A DNA stretch of 64,000 nucleotides from a virus (IMGVR_UViG_3300033172_000001:2157-66156); one strand, 5' to 3'; shown: positions 35,458 to 44,972, counted from the first letter of the stretch. Notes: generated by a model from the letters alone, not told the origin. Translations and numbers: made by a program.

Positions 35458-36459
35458 ATGAAAAAGATTGATTTGCCTACTGGTAAAATTGTAATTGACG
35501 AGTATTCCAAAGGCGAGCTTGAAACGTTGTCCATTGGTGATTATGGTAAAGACAAGAACATTCGGGCACAATTTCTTGGATTTAACGAAGAAATTAACGG
35601 TGTTGCAAATGGACCAGTAAAGTCTTTGTCTGAAAAATGGGTCATGACTCTTTCCACTCAATACGGCTGTCCTATGAAGTGTCGTTTTTGTGACGTTCCT
35701 AACGTCAAGTTTGGTGGAAACGCTACTGTTTCTGATCTTTATAATCAATTTGTGAATGCCCGAAAATGTTATCCCAGAGTAAAATACACTGATCGGCTGA
35801 ACATTCATTTTGCACGAATGGGAGAACCGACTTTTAATCATGAAAACGTTTTTAAATTTGCTGAATCTCTTATCAGCGAAAAGTTTTATATTCAGTATAC
35901 TCTTGATTTCAGGATTGAAACCATTCACCCCGTTTTCACGACGATGCTTCCCAAAGTGCTGAAAAAGAATAATCTTGAAAATATCTTGGCTCAATGGTGT
36001 ACCATTAAAAACGAAACATTTAATGGCCAGGCAGGGCTTCAATTGTCAATCAACACGACAGACGAAGAAAAGAGAAATTACATGTTCTATAATCTTTCCC
36101 ATTCTCTCAAAGATATTTCGCTTATGGCAAGATATCTTCCGCCTCCTGTTGGTCGGAAATACTGTTTGAATTTTGCAATTACTTCAAGTAATGATATTGA
36201 TGCAAACAAACTTGCCGAGCTATTTGATCCTATGAGTTGGATGGTAAAAATCACTCCGATACATAACAATGACGCTTGTAAAGAGAACGGCTTCAAGACA
36301 GAAAACGGATACTGTTCTTATGAAGTTTACCGGGAAGCAGAAAACAACTTGATTGAAGCTGGTTTTGATGTTATTGTCTTTGTTCCGTCTATGGATGAAG
36401 AAAATGGCACTATCACTTGTGGGAATGCAATTCTTGGAGGATCAAAAATCAAAATATAA
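35458..36459 (+). CDS. RlmN/Cfr-like radical SAM protein
   Basis: LSTQYGCPMKCRFCD (CxxxCxxC), ARMGEP, QLSIN, C-terminal ITCG. Confidence 0.75.
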   Translation: MKKIDLPTGKIVIDEYSKGELETLSIGDYGKDKNIRAQFLGFNEEINGVANGPVKSLSEKWVMTLSTQYGCPMKCRFCDVPNVKFGGNATVSDLYNQFVNARKCYPRVKYTDRLNIHFARMGEPTFNHENVFKFAESLISEKFYIQYTLDFRIETIHPVFTTMLPKVLKKNNLENILAQWCTIKNETFNGQAGLQLSINTTDEEKRNYMFYNLSHSLKDISLMARYLPPPVGRKYCLNFAITSSNDIDANKLAELFDPMSWMVKITPIHNNDACKENGFKTENGYCSYEVYREAENNLIEAGFDVIVFVPSMDEENGTITCGNAILGGSKIKI

Positions 36460-36462
36460 GTG

Positions 36463-36506
36463 TTGACTCAAGGCGAAAAATCGTTTATTCTGTTTGTGAA
36501 AGTTAA
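36463..36506 (+). promoter_or_regulatory. Early promoter, family copy 4
   Basis: TTGACT-17-TATTCT-5-TGAAAGTTAA. Confidence 0.8.
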
Positions 36507-36537
36507 GTGATGCTTTAAAAACAAACAAACAAATGAG

Positions 36538-37134
36538 GTGACTATGAAGATTTTCAGTGACGACATGAAAGCCATTCTTGATCGTGCCGACGAAGTTAAA
36601 TCAAAATTGAAAGATTTTGGTTTTGCTGAAATTGACATTGATTTTCGCATTGAAGTTTTGAAGCGTGGTTTTGCTGGTCTTGCGTATACAGGCGAAGCGG
36701 GCTACATGTACGTTGATGAACGAAAACCTCGTCTCGGTACCGAATACCGCGAACGCCCGGTTGTTAAAATTTCCTCTGACTACCTCAAAGAATACCGCGA
36801 AGAAATTCTTCATCGGACTGTTGCCCATGAAATTTGTCATTGTTATGTTCATCATTATTATCCTCGGGCAAAGCAGGCTCATGGCCCTGAGTTTCGTCGG
36901 ATGATGCGTCTCCTGGGGCTTGACGGCTCTACTTATCACAGCATGAAGCTGAAAAACGGTCCTAAGAAGCGAGTATATACGAAAAAGCGTTATGGGTACA
37001 AAAACCCGGTTTCTGGTGAAATGTATTGGATCACGAAAGCAAAGCACGAAAAAGCCATGAAGGGTTTGACTACTCTTTACGCAAAAGGCGGAGTAGCTGT
37101 TATATTCACCGGCGAAGTTAAGGAAGTCAAATAA
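36538..37134 (+). CDS. SprT-like zinc metalloprotease
   Basis: TVAHEICH...HGPEFRRMM...H. Confidence 0.8.
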   Translation: MTMKIFSDDMKAILDRADEVKSKLKDFGFAEIDIDFRIEVLKRGFAGLAYTGEAGYMYVDERKPRLGTEYRERPVVKISSDYLKEYREEILHRTVAHEICHCYVHHYYPRAKQAHGPEFRRMMRLLGLDGSTYHSMKLKNGPKKRVYTKKRYGYKNPVSGEMYWITKAKHEKAMKGLTTLYAKGGVAVIFTGEVKEVK

Positions 37135-37146
37135 GGAGAAAATAAA

Positions 37147-37461
37147 ATGAAGAAATTTTCTGAGATGGTTGAGGCTCAAGATATACTTAATGATTTAGAG
37201 ATTTATAATCCTGCGTATGTTTATTTGATTGAATTTATTTTTAAAAACGGAACATCTAAAGAATTTTGGTGCACCGATTTTTCAATTAATGACGAATCGT
37301 ATACATGGAAAGCATTGTTTTCTAAAGAATATCTAATAAAATTTAATCCAGATGATATATCGTCTATTTGGCAAAAAGAAGTAAAACCAATATTTAAAAA
37401 ATATTATTTGGAGCATCCCAAAACTTTTGCGTGTTTCAAAGATCATTTTGAAAAAGAATGA
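37147..37461 (+). CDS. Hypothetical protein (FWCTDF family)
   Basis: Paralog of 19917-20288. Confidence 0.55.
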   Translation: MKKFSEMVEAQDILNDLEIYNPAYVYLIEFIFKNGTSKEFWCTDFSINDESYTWKALFSKEYLIKFNPDDISSIWQKEVKPIFKKYYLEHPKTFACFKDHFEKE

Positions 37462-37469
37462 GGTAAGAA

Positions 37470-37691
37470 ATGCACTTCATGCCAGCAATCGGTTCTCGTG
37501 TGATGTATGAATATCTTGATGCTTTGATCCCGTATCTTATTATTGGATACGAAGAGGATGATATTGCGATAATCAAAGATATGGACACTGGTCACGAAAC
37601 GTGGGTTATCGTTAAATTCTTCAAATATGATGGGGACCATCCGCGTGGCTATCGTACAGTTTGGAACAATAAATTAACTTTATTGGATTGA
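37470..37691 (+). CDS. Hypothetical protein
   Basis: GAGGT RBS. Confidence 0.5.
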   Translation: MHFMPAIGSRVMYEYLDALIPYLIIGYEEDDIAIIKDMDTGHETWVIVKFFKYDGDHPRGYRTVWNNKLTLLD

Positions 37692-37708
37692 GGGAGAAAA
37701 TGGCTAAC

Positions 37709-37952
37709 GTCAACTGCCCCCCAATTCAAGCCTGACGGCTTGAATTGGGGGCTTGCAAAAGCCATAGTTGATTAGCCTAAGTGTTTCGAGCACTACGTTA
37801 CGCAAGAATATATAGGCACCTACGGATGTTAATCCAAGTCTGTAGCTCTGCGGTTGGTGATTAAACAGTTCTGATGGGTAGGAACAGTGTTGTCAACATC
37901 AAACCTTGCGATAACATTGGCGATGGATTTCAACTCTGAAAGGAGACGTAAC
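37709..37952 (+). ncRNA. IscB omegaRNA scaffold
   Basis: Characteristic blocks CTACGTT, ATAGGCACC, GCTCTGCG, TTAAACAG, ACAGTG, AAACC, AACATTGGCGATGG upstream of iscB. Confidence 0.8.
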
Positions 37953-39214
37953 TTGAGAGTCTACGTACTAAACATGCGCGGGGAGCCGCTAATGCCGACT
38001 ACCCCGCGAAAAGCAAGAATATTGTTGCGTGACGGTAAGGCGGCAGTTGTAAAACGCACACCGTTCATGATTCAATTAAAATATGCAACAGGCGAAAACA
38101 AGCAGGAAATTACATTGGGTATAGATGCTGGTAGTAAAACAATTGGCTTGTCGGCATCTACGGAAGACGAAGAACTCTATTCGTCTGAGGTACAAATTAG
38201 AAGTGACATAGTAGACCTTTTATCCACAAGAAGACAGAACCGCAGGACGCGTCGCAATCGCTTGAGATATCGTCCTGCCAGATTTGACAACAGGGGAAAA
38301 GACAAAGGCTGGCTTGCACCGAGTATTCAAAATAAGATTGGTGCTCATTTGTCGGCTGTTGAAAATGCCCGTAAAATCCTACCGATTAGTAAAACCGTAG
38401 TTGAAGTGGCCTCTTTCAATATACAGAAAATTAAAAATCCTGAAATTAAGAGCAAAGACTATCAAAAGGGCGAGCAGTTAGGATTTTGGAATGTGCGGGA
38501 GTATGTGTTGTTTAGAGATGGTCATCAGTGTCACGGAAAGAAAGGCTGTAAAAACAAAATCCTTAATGTACATCATATTGAAAGCCGTAAAACAGGTGGC
38601 GATTCACCAAATAATCTTATAACGTTGTGTGAAGATTGTCATAAGGCATATCACAACGGAACACTCAAATTGAATCTAAAAAGACAGCCATCATTTCGGG
38701 ATGCAGCTTTTATGGGAATTATGCGGTGGGCATTTTATAACAAACTCAAGGAGCTATATCCAAATGTTTCGTTAACCTATGGCTATATTACTAAAAATAC
38801 ACGCATCAGAAATGATTTACCCAAAGAGCATAGGATTGATGCGCTTTGTATTGCGGGACATCCACAGGCAAAACTTGCTGATGAGTGGTATGCGATTAAG
38901 AATTTTCGCAGACATAACCGGCAAATCCATAAGGCAAACTTTTTAAAAGGTGGCAAGAAGAAATTGAATCAAGCTCCATACGAGGTATACGGGTTTAGAT
39001 TGTTTGACAAAGTACGATACGACGGCAAGGAATGTTTTATTTTTGGTAGAAGGAGTAGTGGGTATTTTGACTTGCGTATGTTGGATGGGGCAAAAATTCA
39101 CGCCTCAGCGATCTATAAGAAATTAACCTTGCTTGAGAAGTCAAGCGGACAAATAATTGAAAGGAGGAATGCGCATTCCTCCCCCACTTTAGAAGTAGGG
39201 GTATCCTGCGCCGG
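37709..39214 (+). mobile_element. Non-autonomous IS200/IS605-type IscB element
   Basis: Left end GTCAACTGCCCC...GGGGGCTTG...GTTGATTAGCCTAAG; right-end hairpin TCCTCCCCCAC...GTAGGGGTATCCTG; no tnpA. Confidence 0.85.
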
Positions 39215-39218
39215 ATAA
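37953..39218 (+). CDS. iscB: IscB RNA-guided endonuclease
   Basis: PLMP, RuvC-I GIDAG, R-rich bridge RRQNRRTRR, RuvC-II E, HNH (HHI...N...CEDCH), RuvC-III HRIDA; TTG start after AAGGAG. Confidence 0.93.
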   Translation: MRVYVLNMRGEPLMPTTPRKARILLRDGKAAVVKRTPFMIQLKYATGENKQEITLGIDAGSKTIGLSASTEDEELYSSEVQIRSDIVDLLSTRRQNRRTRRNRLRYRPARFDNRGKDKGWLAPSIQNKIGAHLSAVENARKILPISKTVVEVASFNIQKIKNPEIKSKDYQKGEQLGFWNVREYVLFRDGHQCHGKKGCKNKILNVHHIESRKTGGDSPNNLITLCEDCHKAYHNGTLKLNLKRQPSFRDAAFMGIMRWAFYNKLKELYPNVSLTYGYITKNTRIRNDLPKEHRIDALCIAGHPQAKLADEWYAIKNFRRHNRQIHKANFLKGGKKKLNQAPYEVYGFRLFDKVRYDGKECFIFGRRSSGYFDLRMLDGAKIHASAIYKKLTLLEKSSGQIIERRNAHSSPTLEVGVSCAG

Positions 39219-39219
39219 C

Positions 39220-39678
39220 ATGAAAAAGCTCCAAGATGCACTTGATAAACTGGCCGATCTTTATGAATACGGGCATCTTCAATTAAGCGCAGATCCTGTG
39301 GGATTTCTTGAAGATGTTATTTCTGAAATCAAAGAACTCCGAAAAGAACGCCATGAACTAATGCTCCGATTGGATTCGTTTGATGATGAATGCCACGAGA
39401 TAGAAGAGAAGTATCCGGCAGGAGAAAAAGTTTTTGTTCATCTAAACGATGACGCGGGATTGATTTTGGCTTCTGTTGAACCGTATTCTTGTCCGGGGGA
39501 TTGGATAAACTCCTTTTCGTCCATCAACAATGCAGAGTCTTATGTCAAAGAGAAGGGATATAAATACGATAGAACGAAGAATTTCTATTGCACCCTATCT
39601 CCAGTTAAAAGGACAGTATATGAAAGACTCGTGGGGGAAATCCCAAACTCCCAAAAATTTCATCCCTTTGAAACATAG
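39220..39678 (+). CDS. Hypothetical protein (5' end probably interrupted by the IscB element)
   Basis: An orphan RBS+ATG GCT AAC at 37700 rejoins in frame if the element is removed. Confidence 0.55.
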   Translation: MKKLQDALDKLADLYEYGHLQLSADPVGFLEDVISEIKELRKERHELMLRLDSFDDECHEIEEKYPAGEKVFVHLNDDAGLILASVEPYSCPGDWINSFSSINNAESYVKEKGYKYDRTKNFYCTLSPVKRTVYERLVGEIPNSQKFHPFET

Positions 39679-40159
39679 GGACATAATCAAATTAAAAGAA
39701 GAATTGCATACCGCTCAAAATAATATTTGCCCTATCCTCAAGAAAGAATTTCCTCTTGAGGACATGGTAGTTGATCATGCCCATAAAAGAAAACAAATGG
39801 ACGAGCCTAACGAAGAAAATGGCGGTCTTGTTCGTGGAGCAATAAATCGGTACGCAAACATTATGTTGGGCAAGATTGAAAATTCATGGAGACGTACGGG
39901 ACTTGAAAAACAAGGTTATGACTTGCCTTCTGCTTTAAGAGCAATGGCCGATTATCTTGAACAAGAACCCTTGCCTTATATTCACCCTTCTGAAAAGATT
40001 CCTCATAAAAAGGTAATGAAATCTTGTTTTAATAAACTCATTAAAGAGATGAAAAAACAAGAAGTTAAACGCCTTCCTCTTTATCCAAGAACAGGAAAAA
40101 TAACAAAAAAACTTGAATCGTTGTTTGAAAAATATAAAATACCGATAGAATTTTATTGA
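39620..40159 (+). CDS. 49: Recombination endonuclease VII-like (gp49)
   Basis: CPILK...VVDHAH...GLVRGAI...AN..LGKIEN; start uncertain. Confidence 0.75.
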   Translation: MKDSWGKSQTPKNFIPLKHRDIIKLKEELHTAQNNICPILKKEFPLEDMVVDHAHKRKQMDEPNEENGGLVRGAINRYANIMLGKIENSWRRTGLEKQGYDLPSALRAMADYLEQEPLPYIHPSEKIPHKKVMKSCFNKLIKEMKKQEVKRLPLYPRTGKITKKLESLFEKYKIPIEFY

Positions 40160-40199
40160 TTTTGCTGAATAAAGCGTGTATTCTGTTTATGAAAGTTAA
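40156..40199 (+). promoter_or_regulatory. Early promoter, family copy 5
   Basis: TTGATT-17-TATTCT-5-TGAAAGTTAA. Confidence 0.75.
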
Positions 40200-40229
40200 T
40201 TGAACGATAAAAACAAAACGGAGCTAATT

Positions 40230-40544
40230 ATGCAAGAATTTGAATACGGTGTTTATCATCTTGGTGTTGCTTTGAGTCTTTTTGTGACCGAATGGTCTGT
40301 TGATCCTGGCGAAGCTGCTAGTCATTGGTCTCCTGGTTATGCACCAGAAGTTATAGGGATGGACGGGTACATTCGTCTTGAACCCGAATATGTGTGGGAT
40401 GATCTTGAAGAAGGAGCAAAAGAATTTCTTGCGCTCTTAGATAGTGATCCCGAAAAAGCATTCCATGATCTTATTTTTGAATATTGGGATGATGTTGCAC
40501 GGGAATTGTTAGAACAACTTGAATCAGAAATAGAGGAGTATTAA
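40230..40544 (+). CDS. Acidic early hypothetical protein
   Basis: GGAG RBS after the promoter. Confidence 0.55.
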   Translation: MQEFEYGVYHLGVALSLFVTEWSVDPGEAASHWSPGYAPEVIGMDGYIRLEPEYVWDDLEEGAKEFLALLDSDPEKAFHDLIFEYWDDVARELLEQLESEIEEY

Positions 40545-40549
40545 ATAAA

Positions 40550-41404
40550 ATGATTTTAACAGATTTTTCGGCGCTATGCATCTCCTCTATTACCGGGGCG
40601 GTGTTCAGGGAGAAGATTACATTAAATGACAATCTTCTCCGTCATATCATCTTGAACAAATACCGAGAAATAAACGTCAATTTATCAAGTCAATTTGGAG
40701 AACTTTTGGTTCTATGTGATTCAAAATCATGGCGAAAAGATTATTTTCCTTATTATAAAGCCCATCGCCGAAAGATAAGAGATGATTCGGTTATTGATTG
40801 GGATATGGTTTTCCGTGTAATGAATGAAATGAAAGTGATTCTTCATGAAAACTTTCCATTTTATGTTGTTTCGGTCAAAAACTGTGAGGCAGATGACTTG
40901 ATTGCAGCGTTTGCTTATAAAGCGGAATCTCCTGTGTGCATCGTTTCAAAAGACAAAGATTTTTATCAACTTCAAAAAAATACACTTGTAAAGCAGTGGG
41001 ATTATTCTTCAAAGGATTTTATTGAAATCAACGAACCGGATTACTTCCGGAATGAACTTATAATTAGAGGTGATTCTGGAGACGGTGTTCCTAATGTTCT
41101 TTCTGATGACGATACTTTTGTGACTGAAGGAAAGAGACAAAAGCCAATTACGAAAAAACGTCTTCAAGATTTAATGATCCACGCAAAAGATGATTTTGTT
41201 TCTGCTCCGGTTGAACTCCGAAGAAATTGGGAACGAAACAAAAAATTAATTGACTTACTTGATCCAGTTGATATTGCTTTTGAAGGTATTGAAATTTTTA
41301 ACGAACAAAAGCTAAATAAAAATGTATCGCAGGGTGATACAATGAAATATTTGGCAGAAAACAAAATGGTCGTCTTGCTTGGAAAAATGACAGATTTTTC
41401 ATAA
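40550..41404 (+). CDS. rnh: T4-like RNase H / 5'-3' exonuclease
   Basis: MILTDFS, SWRKDYFPYYKAHR, EADDLI, SKDKDFYQLQ, IRGDSGDGVPNVLS. Confidence 0.92.
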   Translation: MILTDFSALCISSITGAVFREKITLNDNLLRHIILNKYREINVNLSSQFGELLVLCDSKSWRKDYFPYYKAHRRKIRDDSVIDWDMVFRVMNEMKVILHENFPFYVVSVKNCEADDLIAAFAYKAESPVCIVSKDKDFYQLQKNTLVKQWDYSSKDFIEINEPDYFRNELIIRGDSGDGVPNVLSDDDTFVTEGKRQKPITKKRLQDLMIHAKDDFVSAPVELRRNWERNKKLIDLLDPVDIAFEGIEIFNEQKLNKNVSQGDTMKYLAENKMVVLLGKMTDFS

Positions 41405-41460
41405 TCAAAGAGTCAATAAAACTAAAACCACAAATGAAAAGGAATGGTCTTTAGAAATTT

Positions 41461-42285
41461 TTATGGAGTCTTAAATTTACAATTATTAAAATGTCTAGAC
41501 ATCATTGCTGGTTTTTTGCCCTCTTTACCACAATGGGGGCATTTTATTGTCGGTCGTTTCTTTGCACTTTCTGACATTTTTTGTTTAGTCTCTTCGGAAA
41601 GTTTATTACCGTGCGCGGGATGATCTTTCCCCGTTTTACCATACATTGGATTATTACTACCAGAAGAAGCAAAACTAATTTTCTTTTTTGCTTCTTCTGT
41701 GTGTTTTCTTCCTCTATTGGCATCACCAATTTTTTGTTTAGTTTCTTCAGTATGGTGTTTACCAAATAAAGGATGATTTTCGCCTGATAATTTTTCGCTT
41801 ATCTTTTGTTTAGTTATCTCAGTTAATTTTCGCCCCATACAGGCTTTGGATAAATTTTTTCTATGCGATGCTGATTTGGGTATTCCATAAATTGGGGAAT
41901 TTTCTCCAGATAAGTTTTGCGATCTTTTTGTTTCGCTCATTTTTCTTATCATTTCCTTAGAATTCTTATATCCTTGCCGTAATGGACCTCCCTGTCCTCC
42001 AATACAAATATTATAGGTATCTTTACGTGCAATAAATGCTTCATTTACAATTTCTCTTTCTTTGGCATAAGCTTCTTCGGAAGTATAATAAACAAAAAGA
42101 GTTTCACGGATAAAATTTTCTTTACCGTATTTCTTTATGGCCATTTGTAAATTTAATCCAGAGCCGAGATATCCATCAAAAAGCACAGGAAAATGAAAAT
42201 CTTGGTGATGCACGCCAATATAAAACTTTTGATTGACAAGATTGGTAGTTTTGTATACAATATAAATATGCTTAGATTCTGACAT
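41461..42285 (-). CDS. Free-standing GIY-YIG homing endonuclease with NUMOD3-type repeats
   Basis: IYIVYKTTNLVNQKFYIGVH; repeats HTEETKQKIG, HTEEAKKKIS, LSEETKQKMS; C-terminal CPHCG...H...C. Confidence 0.9.
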   Translation of the reverse strand: MSESKHIYIVYKTTNLVNQKFYIGVHHQDFHFPVLFDGYLGSGLNLQMAIKKYGKENFIRETLFVYYTSEEAYAKEREIVNEAFIARKDTYNICIGGQGGPLRQGYKNSKEMIRKMSETKRSQNLSGENSPIYGIPKSASHRKNLSKACMGRKLTEITKQKISEKLSGENHPLFGKHHTEETKQKIGDANRGRKHTEEAKKKISFASSGSNNPMYGKTGKDHPAHGNKLSEETKQKMSESAKKRPTIKCPHCGKEGKKPAMMSRHFNNCKFKTP

Positions 42286-42370
42286 GCTATACCTCGAATA
42301 TAGATGTTGGGATTTAGGTCTTTAAGGGAATTGCGAGTTCCCTTAAAGACTGTTTATAGTATTATTTATA
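42286..42370 (-). promoter_or_regulatory. Late promoter plus structured leader of the second GIY-YIG gene
   Basis: TATAAATA on the minus strand (42363-42370); 13-bp hairpin at 42318-42350. Confidence 0.8.
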
Positions 42371-42398
42371 CAATTAATTAAAGGAGAAAGAAAAGAAA

Positions 42399-43061
42399 AT
42401 GGATCCACATCTTTACCACGAAATGTTGACGAAGAAAATTCTGGACGAAAAGTTCAAGAATGGTCAATTGAACAATTTATCAATTCCTGAAAAACTGGAA
42501 ACGATTTCAAAAATTACCCCGTTCAGAGAAAGAGTAAAAGCCCTTCAAGCGAATTCCGAACGGTCGCTTAACACGATTCTTTTGTATACATTCGGAGATT
42601 ATAAATGGAAGTTCACGAAAGAAGACGTTGACAAACTTGAATACAAAGAGCCTCCTGCGGATGAAGATGTTTTTATTCAAGGAACAAATCTGAACCAAGA
42701 GGCAAAGCGACTTTATATTTTCATGGAAGGAGAGAAAGCAAGCAAAGAAAAACTTTCTGAAATTCTTTTGGTGATGCTTGAAAATCTTCACCCAGACGAA
42801 GGAAAAATTCTGAAAGGTATGTTTGAAGGAATTTCTCCTTATAAAAATATCACCAAAAAACTTGTCGCAGCTGCATTTCCTGATCTTTTCCCTGAAGACA
42901 AGAAGGAGGAGAAAAAGCCCAAGGGAAATATAAACCCTACGTTGAACCCTTCTCCAAAGCCATCAGATGGATCAAAGAAAAAATCAACGAAGCAAACGGA
43001 ACCTACTCCGGTGAAGAATGAAGACAAGAAGGAGGAGTCAAATGCCGACTTATCTGTATAA
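42399..43061 (+). CDS. Conserved T4-like hypothetical protein
   Basis: E..RLYIF...MLENLHPDEGKIL pattern; low-complexity tail. Confidence 0.6.
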   Translation: MDPHLYHEMLTKKILDEKFKNGQLNNLSIPEKLETISKITPFRERVKALQANSERSLNTILLYTFGDYKWKFTKEDVDKLEYKEPPADEDVFIQGTNLNQEAKRLYIFMEGEKASKEKLSEILLVMLENLHPDEGKILKGMFEGISPYKNITKKLVAAAFPDLFPEDKKEEKKPKGNINPTLNPSPKPSDGSKKKSTKQTEPTPVKNEDKKEESNADLSV

Positions 43062-43314
43062 GTGCGATGATTCATATCCACACAAGGGATGCGGGCACGA
43101 ATGGGAGGAGACGCTAAGCATTGCAGAACGAATCATGCCGATGAAAGGAAAATGTCCCGATTGTGGAAAGAAAGATAATATCATTCGTCTTTTTACTTCC
43201 GTGAATATTTATCATGGTGTTGTGAATCCTCACAAAAAGATGGACGAAAATTTCAAGTCTGAAATGAAACGTATAAAAAAAGATCATCCTGAAATGGAAA
43301 GTTCTTACTTCTAG
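43042..43314 (+). CDS. FmdB-like zinc-ribbon protein
   Basis: MPTYLYKC...CGHEWE...CPDCG. Confidence 0.75.
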   Translation: MPTYLYKCDDSYPHKGCGHEWEETLSIAERIMPMKGKCPDCGKKDNIIRLFTSVNIYHGVVNPHKKMDENFKSEMKRIKKDHPEMESSYF

Positions 43315-43323
43315 GAGAAAGAA

Positions 43324-43545
43324 ATGAGTAACACAACGAACAAAGACAATTGGAAAGACAAAGCAACAGGAATGATTTGTTCAAATTGTACGAATTATGC
43401 ACCAAAAAACGAATATATCGGTCGGTGCCGCAGGAATGCGCCAACAATGAAAGGTTTCCCTCCTGTTTTTCCATCTGATTGGTGCGGAGAACATAAAATG
43501 AATGATGTATTGGTTGCAGAGAGGAAGAAAAATGCCGCTGTTTGA
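43324..43545 (+). CDS. Small Cys-rich protein
   Basis: CSNC...CRRNAP...FP...DWCGEH. Confidence 0.6.
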   Translation: MSNTTNKDNWKDKATGMICSNCTNYAPKNEYIGRCRRNAPTMKGFPPVFPSDWCGEHKMNDVLVAERKKNAAV

Positions 43546-43741
43546 ATTTTTGTGCAAAGTGTGCAAGTACAATTTTGAGGAATTTTCAAATGTTCATGTT
43601 GACAGTAAAGGAGCCGATATCGCTGAACAAGTTCACAAATGTCCAAGATGTGGTTCTTATGAGACCATGAAACAGATTTCAACTTGTAATTTTCATTTAA
43701 AAGGATCGGGGTGGGCAAAAGATGGGTATGCAAAAAAGTAA
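43532..43741 (+). CDS. FmdB-like zinc-ribbon protein
   Basis: MPLFEFLCKVC...CPRCGS...FHLKGSGW..DGY. Confidence 0.75.
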   Translation: MPLFEFLCKVCKYNFEEFSNVHVDSKGADIAEQVHKCPRCGSYETMKQISTCNFHLKGSGWAKDGYAKK

Positions 43742-44114
43742 AGTCACAAAGTCTGATATATTATATCTCAACATTAAAGGCGCAATTGCTGGTTTAAATA
43801 AAGAAGACCAAAAAAAGATTTTTGAAATCGTTGATGATTTTGAATACGAAATTGATACAAACAAAGATCATGCTATGATTGCATTGAGTCTTTTAGCAGC
43901 AAAATACGGATACAAATGAAAACCAAAATGATTCTCACAAAAGAAGGCGACTCGTCTAAATCACGGGACAAATATAATATTACTCTTCTTTGTTCTGTCT
44001 GTGGAGCAGAGTATATTATGAAATGGATAGATTATGAAATAGACAAGGGGTGTAAGTTTGATTGCGAATATTGCAAATTCAAAGGAGTAGTAGAACCGAA
44101 ATTGAATGTTTTAA

Positions 44115-44750
44115 ATGGATGATGTAACCGTTTCTTATGACGATGTTGGCCGCCGTTACCATGTTCATGATCAAAAATTTTATTCTGTCACTACCGCTCT
44201 TGGGAATACCGCTGACCATTCTTTTCTGGAAAGATGGAAAAAGATAACTCCTGATCATGAAAGAATCAAAGAGCAAGCAGGAAAATTAGGCACTGATTAT
44301 CATTTGCTTGGAGAGAAACATCTTTTGGGCGAGCCACTACCAGATGTTCAATGGCTCGCCCAAAAACTTTTTCAGAACACTATTCCAGAATTGTCTTCTG
44401 TTGACAAGACAGTTTGTGTTGAAAAATTTTTATATAATGAGAAAATAAGACTTGCGGGAAGAACAGATGCCGTAGTAATATGGAAAGGAAAGTTAGCGAT
44501 TCTTGATTTTAAATGCCTGAATCATGTTCGGAGAGATTATCTTTCTGATTATTGGCTACAAACAGCGATTTATGCTTTCATGTATTCAGAATTATTCCAT
44601 GAACGTCCGTTAAAATTAATTCTTGTTTGTGCGAATAAGAAAACGTTTAAGACAGAAGTGTTTGAAGATCACCCCGATAATCACGCTAGACAAGCAGCAA
44701 AACGAATTTATGATTTTAACAAATTGATAAAGGAGAAATACAATGAATGA
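44115..44750 (+). CDS. PD-(D/E)xK exonuclease (Cas4/lambda-exo-like)
   Basis: YSVTTAL, GTDYH, EKFL, AGRTDA, ILDFK, Q.AIY. Confidence 0.85.
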   Translation: MDDVTVSYDDVGRRYHVHDQKFYSVTTALGNTADHSFLERWKKITPDHERIKEQAGKLGTDYHLLGEKHLLGEPLPDVQWLAQKLFQNTIPELSSVDKTVCVEKFLYNEKIRLAGRTDAVVIWKGKLAILDFKCLNHVRRDYLSDYWLQTAIYAFMYSELFHERPLKLILVCANKKTFKTEVFEDHPDNHARQAAKRIYDFNKLIKEKYNE

Positions 44751-44886
44751 AGATTCACCGCTGCACTGACAATACGGAAAAGACGTGTAGGTACGATGCT
44801 GAACCGTTATGAGGTTTTGGGCTGGCAGAACGAAACGCATCACCAGCACATTTCGGGAAAAATTTTTTAAAAATGAGTAAAACCTG

Positions 44887-44930
44887 TTGACTTCCTTTTC
44901 GGAATAGTTTATTCTGTTCTTGAAAGTTAA
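44887..44930 (+). promoter_or_regulatory. Early promoter, family copy 6
   Basis: TTGACT-17-TATTCT-5-TGAAAGTTAA. Confidence 0.8.
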
Positions 44931-44972
44931 ATGAGACGTTTGATTGAGTGAATTCTAAAAGAGAGGTTGATC

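Noticed and set aside
37709-39214. IStron (self-splicing IS) interpretation of the IscB element
   Set aside because: The upstream non-coding part is fully accounted for by the omegaRNA; no group I core is recognisable.
44115-44750. Cas4 indicating a CRISPR-Cas locus
   Set aside because: It is the usual stand-alone PD-(D/E)xK exonuclease of T4-like phages; no array or other cas genes are present.
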